Part shown: positions 9,933 through 17,272 of the stretch, piece by piece
How positions within the stretch are numbered: the stretch's first letter is position 1
Layout of the letters: the number at the start of each line of letters is the position of its first letter
Assembly (NCBI GenBank): GCA_013286645.1
Contig: JABDFJ010000004.1
Coordinates: 12-64,011 of the forward strand
Reading direction: 5' to 3'
Length of the DNA: 64,000 nt
Source of the DNA: Chlamydiota bacterium
GTDB lineage: Bacteria; Chlamydiota; Chlamydiia; Chlamydiales; Parachlamydiaceae
Notes under the pieces: model-generated
Database searches by the model: none
What the model was told of the DNA's origin: nothing
The model's input: the letters and a program-made list of their open reading frames with translations, nothing else
Translations under genes and position numbers: made by a program

Positions 9933-10188
9933 AGCCGATCCTATAAAGAATATTCATCGTTCGACGGTGAACATATAAGTTGAAAGGAAACATAGGAGAT
10001 GGAGGTTGTTTTTGTCTATTTCTTATGACAATTTTCAACAGCTTATAGTAAAGATTCAGCAATTCCCCCAAATAAACCTTCTCAAGGAAAAGCAATCACT
10101 TTAGCAACATTTTTTTCGTAAAATCCCATATTTTCGGGCAAGGGCACGGTTTTTTTTAGCGGGAACTGCTGTAAGAGATTTTCATCTA

Positions 10189-10217
10189 TTGAAAATAAAA
10201 TATTTTTTTGATATCAT
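10189..10217 (+). promoter_or_regulatory. Sigma-70-like promoter candidate for the NHLP precursor gene
   Basis: TTGAAA (10189..10194), a 17-nt spacer, then TATCAT (10212..10217). A GGAAGGAGGGG Shine-Dalgarno sits just before ATG 10258. Confidence 0.3.
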
Positions 10218-10257
10218 AATGCTATAGCACTCAGCGCCTAGCGCGGAAGGAGGGGAA

Positions 10258-10638
10258 ATGGATCGTGCTGAATTAGAACAAAAAATTATTGCTAAAGCAT
10301 GGAAAGACCCCGCATTCAAAAAGAAATTGTTAGAAAAACCGAAGGAAACTATTCACCGCTTTGTCCAAGAGGTCTATCATAATCAAGATATTCTCCCCAA
10401 AGATGTCAAATGTCAGGTGCTTGAAGATAACGGTAATATGCTCACAATTGTGATCCCGCCGACCCCAGAAAATAGTGGTGAACTGTCAGAGGCTGACATC
10501 GCGCAGGTTGTAGGAGGGAAGGGTTCACCCAACCATAGTAAGAGTGCTAGAAATCCTAGAATCATTTATCATCCTAGTAACCAAGAAAACTTTGGTGCTG
10601 GTGGGAAAGGGATTATAAGATCTGCCGATGTGGGTTAA
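10258..10638 (+). CDS. NHLP (nitrile hydratase leader peptide) family RiPP precursor; leader aa 1-87 ending VVGG, 39-aa core
   Basis: RAELEQKIIAKAWKDPAFKKKLLEKPKETI....LPKDVKCQVLEDNGNMLTIVIPPTP....ELSEADIAQVVGG matches the NHLP leader consensus (ELExKIIxKAWxDxxFKxxLLxxPKxxI...LPxxVxxxVxE...xLxLVLPPxP...LSxEELExVAGG). The Shine-Dalgarno is strong. Core: KGSPNHSKSARNPRIIYHPSNQENFGAGGKGIIRSADVG (10519..10635). Confidence 0.8.
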   Translation: MDRAELEQKIIAKAWKDPAFKKKLLEKPKETIHRFVQEVYHNQDILPKDVKCQVLEDNGNMLTIVIPPTPENSGELSEADIAQVVGGKGSPNHSKSARNPRIIYHPSNQENFGAGGKGIIRSADVG

Positions 10639-10732
10639 GCGAACCTTACAAAAAATCTTGCTATGTCGCTTTGTCATCGTAGGCTCATCATCTATAGATT
10701 CTGGTATACAAGGCAGCTTCCGTTGAAACTGC

Positions 10733-12733
10733 CTAAAAGCGCCAATTAACAGCAATACTGCCGCTTTGATCTGTGTACTTATGGCCAAACTCTCCATTCC
10801 AATCTAAAGTGATAGAAAGTTGGTCATGACAATAGTAGCTAGCCAGAGAAAAATTGGCTCTAAACAAGCTAACATTTGGTGAGTAATCACACACCGTGAA
10901 GAAGAAATCGGCGTCTTCAAAACGTGCTTTGGTGGACTTAGCACCAAAACGCACATCTCTTATCCAACCGAGAAGCACATTTGGCACCCATTTCCCCCAC
11001 CTCTCTGTCTCGTAGCAGGTGGATAAGTTCACACCTAGTTCACCGCGTACTAAAGAAGCATCACGCGCGTCAACATGTAAGTTGATGCTATCAGCCCCAT
11101 GCTCATGATAGCCATCTTCATGCAACCATAAGTAATCCACACCCATGAATGGACGAATTTTATAGCTGTCATACGCAAACAATAGGCCAGTGTCTAGACG
11201 CACATCCACGCCACCCCCTTGCTGCTTGTGGCGGGCTGTGCGATCGATTTTGCCAAACTCAATGTTACGGTGTGCTTTGGCCCAATTCCAAACACCAAGC
11301 ACGACCCCATTGGCATACCACCATTCATCCGACCAATTACCATACAAAGATCCATAGGCACTGTGGAGGGTGCCCTTGCCTCGATGTTCTTTCCAGTCGA
11401 TGAGGCTTTTGCTATAGACTGCACTAGCGCCTAAAACCAGATGACGCGAGACAACCCGATCGCCGCCAGCGATAAAGCCATAAGAACTTCGGTCAAAGCC
11501 GACTAAATGACAGGCGTGTTGTTGCTGGGCCCAATCGCCGAAGGCATCATCCCATACTGCAAAACATCCATCGTCTTGTAAGCAACAAGCGCCGTTGTAG
11601 CGCGCTTCTAATCGTTCAGAAATGATTTCACGTACATGCAAAGTCAGCTCCTCATTGCTAAGCAATATCCCTTGGAAGAGGGTCGGGTCGAGCTGTTCAA
11701 GCGCGTTGTTCATCGATGTTGAGTTTGGCTGGGCCTTCAAACTTTCAATGATATTGACGAGATCATTGCCTGGTAGTGGATTAATATCGTAGATATACTG
11801 CGCCACGACCGCCGCATTAGCATCGGTGGCCAAAAGAATATAGGGTGGTGTCAACAACAGCTGACACCTATTTTCAGCATTGGACCACAGACCTAATACC
11901 GTGTAGGGATGTCCATTTAAGACAACTTCTCCTTGGAGAGGGTCTGGACAAAGTCCGGAAATTTCGCCACCTTGGAGAGCGGAAAAATCTAGCCAACCAT
12001 AAATCTGAAAGTCGGCTATCGGATCAGTGATTGCCTTCGCCAGAGCACTCGAGTAATTCGCCTGTTGGTTTTCTAATAGCGTGCCTGAGCCACAATCCAA
12101 TTTTCCCACGCCTTTCCCACACTCAGGCATCACGGCATACATGAAGGTGGCATCTTGGGTGCTCATGACTGAATTATAGTCACAAAATCCGTTGACCAAG
12201 TCGCATGAGGTACCAAAAACATCAGAGATAATGGTGATATCTGCAGGAAACTCGATCATATAGAGACTTGTGGGCTGACCGCTGGCATCAGCTTGAGGAG
12301 CGGGCAAATGACCGGCGTTCAATTGGAACACCAACTCCTGTTGGATTTCGGCATCAGTGATTGTCTTGCTGGTATTTTGCGGCTTGATTTTAAACTGTCC
12401 ATTAAAAGTCCCTCGTTCTATCACCTGATTCGTAGTTGGAGCGGGCAAACCTAGAGTATTGTATTGCGCCAGACCATCGATCCAAGGACTATTGACGAGA
12501 TCATTCAAAAAGCCAGGTAGGGAAGCAGCGACTTCCTGATTAACACCGTCACCCCACAGCACAGATGACACTTGTACACTCGAAATGACAGGCCCTGCGA
12601 AATAGTTGAAGAAAGGCTGGCCTGGCCGGCTGACATCGTCAACATTTGTGTGCTTACCACCACATTTGGCATAACTAGGAGTGACGTTGAAGGCTAATAA
12701 ACTGACAGCTAGCGTGAATACAATTTTGCGCAT
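10733..12733 (-). CDS. Autotransporter with an unclassified Cys-containing passenger domain
   Basis: Signal peptide MRKIVFTLAVSLLAFNVTPSYA. The C-terminal ~280 aa has an amphipathic beta-strand pattern ending IAVNWRF, as in an autotransporter barrel. The ~300-aa N-terminal passenger has no Pmp-type repeats. Confidence 0.7.
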   Translation of the reverse strand: MRKIVFTLAVSLLAFNVTPSYAKCGGKHTNVDDVSRPGQPFFNYFAGPVISSVQVSSVLWGDGVNQEVAASLPGFLNDLVNSPWIDGLAQYNTLGLPAPTTNQVIERGTFNGQFKIKPQNTSKTITDAEIQQELVFQLNAGHLPAPQADASGQPTSLYMIEFPADITIISDVFGTSCDLVNGFCDYNSVMSTQDATFMYAVMPECGKGVGKLDCGSGTLLENQQANYSSALAKAITDPIADFQIYGWLDFSALQGGEISGLCPDPLQGEVVLNGHPYTVLGLWSNAENRCQLLLTPPYILLATDANAAVVAQYIYDINPLPGNDLVNIIESLKAQPNSTSMNNALEQLDPTLFQGILLSNEELTLHVREIISERLEARYNGACCLQDDGCFAVWDDAFGDWAQQQHACHLVGFDRSSYGFIAGGDRVVSRHLVLGASAVYSKSLIDWKEHRGKGTLHSAYGSLYGNWSDEWWYANGVVLGVWNWAKAHRNIEFGKIDRTARHKQQGGGVDVRLDTGLLFAYDSYKIRPFMGVDYLWLHEDGYHEHGADSINLHVDARDASLVRGELGVNLSTCYETERWGKWVPNVLLGWIRDVRFGAKSTKARFEDADFFFTVCDYSPNVSLFRANFSLASYYCHDQLSITLDWNGEFGHKYTDQSGSIAVNWRF

Positions 12734-12814
12734 GATAAACCTTAATTTAACGGAACATCTAAATATAAATATTATTTTGATTTAATCAACATGTTTCATC
12801 ACGAAGAAAATGTA

Positions 12815-13327
12815 GAGCTCCAACGAAGCAAACAGGTGTAAAGCCCACAGTGTAGCGTAAACGAGATGGCGACGCCTCTGGGTGCGCCGCTTGCCTAAAG
12901 TCAATTGTGAACCTTTCTGTCCCTGTCTCTAATGTCCCTAAAGTCGCTTAAGTCCCTAATGTCCCTACTTTTGGGTGATAGGAATGGTGCTCGTCATCTC
13001 AAATTTAGGGACCTTAGGAGGTAATTGCATAATTCCCGTTTATCGCTTTTTGGCGCTTTTGCCAACCTTCGCCACTTTGCGCAAATCCCCTACTCTTAAG
13101 AGTATGTGGATTTGCGCAAAATGGCGAATCTTGCCAAAATCATCCAAAAATCGATTAAAACGGGACTTATGCAATTACCTCTTAGGGACTTAAGCAACCT
13201 AAGGGACATTAGAGACAGGGGCAGAAAGACGATGCATTTGATCGCAAGCGGCGCTGGAGCGCCGCATATCAAGAGTCTCTACTTGACACCTGTACCGGCT
13301 TTACACCCGGTCGCTCCGTTGGAGCTC
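12815..13327. repeat. Nested repeat: degenerate family-B arms enclosing gtccctaa modules enclosing family-A core (13018..13181)
   Basis: Left arm gagctccaacgaagcaaacaggtgtaaagcccacagtgtagcg. Right arm ggctttacacccggtcgctccgttggagctc. Inverted gtccctaa/ttagggac module blocks sit at 12920..12968 and 13181..13222 around the A core. Confidence 0.85.
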
Positions 13328-13334
13328 TGTGATC

Positions 13335-16300
13335 TTACTTCTGCTTCATCACATAGACCCCATCCCAACCTTCTGGAATTGGTCCCTGGAGGAATCCTTC
13401 ACAACGTTCGATGAATAAAAGGGTGGATGGATTGCCTGGACTTAGTTGCAGAGCTTCCTTAAATTGATTTAAGGCTTCAGCAAAATTTCCTTTTTCATAG
13501 GCTCTAAAAGCCGCCTCATAGAGCTTGTTAAAAGCTAGTTTGTTAGCATCGACACTATTTGTAAAGCTAACCTCGTACAAATAGATCGCCTTCTTTTTCC
13601 CTTTAACCACCACTTTATCTAACAAACGCATGATATACTGCTTCTCATCTTGTAGCGCGTGGATGGTACTTTCACTGGCTAAGAATTCGGTGCCATAAAA
13701 CTTATTCAGACTCTCAATACGTGAAGTGAGGTTGATCGTATCGCCAATCACATTGGCACTAAGGCGTTCTTTTTCCCCCAAGATGCCGATCATGGCCATC
13801 CCTGTATTCAAAGCATAACCTACTTTCACCGCAGCTAGATGACCAGCTTGACTTTGATTGAAAGCTTCTTGCGCTTCTTTCATGGCTTGGATGGCTCTTA
13901 TGCCGTCGTCAGCACTGCGAGGAAACAGCGCCATGATGCCATCACCCATAAACGAGTTGATAAAGCCATTATGCGCGCGAATGATGGGGGCCACAGCTTC
14001 TAGATAGGCATTAATGAAGACAAAAGCTTCTTCTGGAGTTTGCTTTTCCATGATACTGGTGTACCCACGGATATCACTAAACATCGTTGTCACCATTACA
14101 TCGATAGCTTCACCTAGCTTGACATCTTGGATATGCTCCTTATGCAAGATATCGAAATAGTTTTTAGGCACAAACCTCTCCGTCGCCCGATATAGAATCT
14201 GTAACCTCTCATACCTCCTCCTAAGCACTGCTGTCCGCCACATGTGGATTATATAAATCACCGTGAACACACAGCTTAAATAGATACCATATGCCCACCA
14301 TGTTCTATACCACGGAGGAAGGACCCTAAAGGTATAAGTGATGGGCTCACTCCACACACCAAAAGGACTGCGTGCTTTGATTTTCAATTGATAGGCCCCT
14401 TCAAATATATTGCCAAAGTCGGCGCTGGTCCCCTTTGAAGGAGGGCTCCAATCTTTGTTATACCCCTCTAGCTTATATTGATAGAGCACGTTTTGCGCCC
14501 GATCGGGTTCAATGGCCATGAAATCAAAGGTCAGATGATTGTATTCGTAAGGAAGTTTAAGATCTTCGGGTAGATAGTAAAATTTCGTGATGCCTGTAAA
14601 GGTGAGAGCGCCAAATTTACGCCGCATCACCTCGATCTCTTCTTTAGTTAAAGTCCTGCCGAAGGTGATCTCTTCTTCGGCAACATTTGGAGCAACGGTA
14701 CCCTTGTCAATGGGCAACTCATTCTCCTTCAAATCATACCAACTCACTTTTTCGTCGTTGACCTTCATGTTTTGAATGACCACATGGGGAGGGGCTTTGG
14801 TGGTATGCAGGGCAGCGTAATCAAAACGCACCAAACCGGTTTTGTCCGATCCTGTGCCGAACCAAATGATTCCTTCTTTATCAAGGAAGATACTATTTTG
14901 ACCTGAGTTCAAATCAGGGATAGGGTATCCCGTTTTCTCATTGAAAATTTCAAACACAGGGGTATAGTCTTTCAGCTCAGCATTGGACACGTTATTTTGG
15001 GCAGGGAGTTTCGCTGTCGCTTGGTTGCCAGATGGTTTCCGAATATATTCTTTTAAAATCGCTATGCCTTTATTCGTGCCGATGAGTAGATCTTGTTGTG
15101 GCGTGGCAATCGTGCGATAAGCTAAATTATCGGGAAGGCCTTGTAAAGTGGTATAGGTAAGGAATGATTTTCCATCATAGCGCAGCAAACAACTGTCGGT
15201 GTTGATCCATAAATTCCCCATTGTATCTTCAAAAATGCTTATGGCGAAATTATTGCCGAGTCCTTGCTCCTTTGTATAATTTGTGAACGTGTGGCCGTCA
15301 AATTTACTGATCCCCTCATTTGCACTAAGCCACAAATTTCCATGACTGTCTTTTAAGATACTTTTAAGATAATTACCCACTAACCCCTGCTCAGTGGTGT
15401 AATTCGTAAACGAAGTACCATCGAACCTACTCAAACCACCACCAAAGGTGGCAAACCATATATCACCCGCTTGATCTTGGTAGATACAACGCACATCGTC
15501 ATTGCCAAGTCCTTGGGCTGTAGTGTAGGTAGTAAACGACTTGCCATCGAATTTGGCAACTCCACCTCCATGTGTGCCAAACCACAGATAGCCCTCTTGG
15601 TCTTCTAAGACACCTCTGACTTCATTATAGGGCAACCCTTGCGCCGTTGTATAGTTGGTAAACTCTTTGCGATCGTACTTCGTTAACCCTCCAAGCGTAC
15701 CAAACCACATATTGCCCGAGGTGTCGTTAAGAATACTCATGACACCACTATTACCTATCCCTTGCACGCTAGTATAGTTTTGAAAGGCCTCTCCCTCATA
15801 ACGACAAACCCCTCCTTCTTCAATGCCGAACCATAGATTTCCAATTTTATCCTCAACGATAGTCAAGACGGTGCTGCCAGATAACCCATTGCTCTTTGAA
15901 ATATTGGTAAAGGTTTTTCCATCATAACGGCTGGCCCCTCCTTTATCGGTGCCGAACCATAGATTTCCTTTAGTGTCTTCAAAAGCTACCCAAACTTTGT
16001 TTTTAGCAAGGCCTTCGGCTTGTGTAAAATTGACAAAGGTTTTGCCATCATACTTGCTCACCCCATTTTCGGTAGCAAACCACAGATTGCCGGCTTTATC
16101 TTGCACAACAGAATGCACGAAATTATCGGCTAACCCTTGTGCCTTGGTGTAGTTAGTAAACGCTGTTCCGTCGTATTTGCTCACACCATCCTGCGTAGCA
16201 AACCAAATATTTCCCTCTCGGTCTTCTGTGATGCTCCACACAGAGTTATGCACTAATCCTTGAGCTACAGCATAATTCTTAAAGGATTTTCCATCGTATT

Positions 16301-16937
16301 GGCTGACCCCTCCACCTTCTGTGCCAAACCATACATTCCCTTTTTTATCCTCATACATGCATCGAATGAAGGGATTTGGCAGTCCATCCTTGGTGGTGAA
16401 GACGGTGCAGTCTTTCCCATCGTACTTACTTGCTCCCTCTTCTGCGCCGAACCATAAATTCCCCTGGCTATCTTGCAAAATGGACCACACGATGGTCCCC
16501 ATAAAAGGGTAATTTGTGAAGGCATAGCCATCAAAGCGGCTTACTCCACCCCCACGTGTGCCGAACCACAAATTTCCTGCTCTATCCATCGCGCTGGCTG
16601 TGACGTAATCCAATGCCAAGCCATCTTCTGCGGTGTAGTTACGCATGATGTAGTACAGGACAGCAGGTTTAACTTCTGGAGGCAACAACGCAATTTTAGT
16701 CTCTTTCCCATTTTCTTTAAGCGTTGTAAATTTACCTGCTTCTAGCGGCACTTCTGTCGTGATTGGTTTGGGCATGTCTGCCAGGGAAACAGTTTTAGGC
16801 GGCTTCAGATTGGCAGCAGGAACCACAACGCCATGAGCTTCAGATATATTTGGAGCATTACTGACGGTTGTTTCGCTTTTGTCTTGTTGCTGACAAGCGC
16901 ATAATAGAGCTAATAGGCAGAAAAGCTGATGTCTCAT
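13335..16937 (-). CDS. Receptor-type class III adenylate/guanylate cyclase with periplasmic double beta-propeller (Reg_prop repeats + Y_Y_Y), one TM segment and a C-terminal TPR-like tail
   Basis: About 13-14 repeats of GNLWFGT.GGVSRYDG..FTNYT..GL..N.V (two-component regulator propeller). YQYKLEGYNKDWSP is a Y_Y_Y motif. TM segment WWAYGIYLSCVFTVIYIIHMW. Cyclase core MFSDIRGYTS...SFMGDGIMALFP...GDTINLTSRIESL. Possible lipobox LLCAC. Confidence 0.85.
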   Translation of the reverse strand: MRHQLFCLLALLCACQQQDKSETTVSNAPNISEAHGVVVPAANLKPPKTVSLADMPKPITTEVPLEAGKFTTLKENGKETKIALLPPEVKPAVLYYIMRNYTAEDGLALDYVTASAMDRAGNLWFGTRGGGVSRFDGYAFTNYPFMGTIVWSILQDSQGNLWFGAEEGASKYDGKDCTVFTTKDGLPNPFIRCMYEDKKGNVWFGTEGGGVSQYDGKSFKNYAVAQGLVHNSVWSITEDREGNIWFATQDGVSKYDGTAFTNYTKAQGLADNFVHSVVQDKAGNLWFATENGVSKYDGKTFVNFTQAEGLAKNKVWVAFEDTKGNLWFGTDKGGASRYDGKTFTNISKSNGLSGSTVLTIVEDKIGNLWFGIEEGGVCRYEGEAFQNYTSVQGIGNSGVMSILNDTSGNMWFGTLGGLTKYDRKEFTNYTTAQGLPYNEVRGVLEDQEGYLWFGTHGGGVAKFDGKSFTTYTTAQGLGNDDVRCIYQDQAGDIWFATFGGGLSRFDGTSFTNYTTEQGLVGNYLKSILKDSHGNLWLSANEGISKFDGHTFTNYTKEQGLGNNFAISIFEDTMGNLWINTDSCLLRYDGKSFLTYTTLQGLPDNLAYRTIATPQQDLLIGTNKGIAILKEYIRKPSGNQATAKLPAQNNVSNAELKDYTPVFEIFNEKTGYPIPDLNSGQNSIFLDKEGIIWFGTGSDKTGLVRFDYAALHTTKAPPHVVIQNMKVNDEKVSWYDLKENELPIDKGTVAPNVAEEEITFGRTLTKEEIEVMRRKFGALTFTGITKFYYLPEDLKLPYEYNHLTFDFMAIEPDRAQNVLYQYKLEGYNKDWSPPSKGTSADFGNIFEGAYQLKIKARSPFGVWSEPITYTFRVLPPWYRTWWAYGIYLSCVFTVIYIIHMWRTAVLRRRYERLQILYRATERFVPKNYFDILHKEHIQDVKLGEAIDVMVTTMFSDIRGYTSIMEKQTPEEAFVFINAYLEAVAPIIRAHNGFINSFMGDGIMALFPRSADDGIRAIQAMKEAQEAFNQSQAGHLAAVKVGYALNTGMAMIGILGEKERLSANVIGDTINLTSRIESLNKFYGTEFLASESTIHALQDEKQYIMRLLDKVVVKGKKKAIYLYEVSFTNSVDANKLAFNKLYEAAFRAYEKGNFAEALNQFKEALQLSPGNPSTLLFIERCEGFLQGPIPEGWDGVYVMKQK

Positions 16938-16984
16938 AAAATCCCCATCATCATATCGACTAAGGCTAGAGCCTAAACCGAAGG

Positions 16985-17263
16985 TTGTAGCTTAGGCTTC
17001 AGCCTGAGCTCGTTTTGGCAGGCTCGTAGCTTAGGCTTCAGCCTGAGCTTTAGCCATGCCACGCGCAGCGAGCGGCAGCGATGCATGACGCGCTCGATGT
17101 CGCGACCTCACTAACGTTAGGCAAATCCCCGAGGCGTCAACAGCAGACACCTTCGCAACGTCCACACTTCCAAAACACCGAGCGCGTCATGCATCGCTAC
17201 CGCTCGCTGCGCGGGCAGGCTCAAGCCTGCCAAAACGAGCTCAGGATAAAGCCTAAGCTACAA
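16985..17263. repeat. Family-I palindromic element, copy 2
   Basis: ttgtagcttaggcttcagcctgagctcgttttggcagg...gccacgcgcagcgagcggcagcgatgcatgacgcgctcg and its inverse cgagcgcgtcatgcatcgctaccgctcgctgcgcg...cctgccaaaacgagctcagg...gcctaagctacaa. Confidence 0.85.
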
Positions 17264-17272
17264 TCCTGCGGC

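Noticed and set aside
10519-10635. Linking the NHLP precursor to the MNIO locus as its substrate
   Set aside because: They are 34 kb apart. The core has no Cys, which is the residue MNIOs of this clade modify. The MNIO has better candidates directly upstream.
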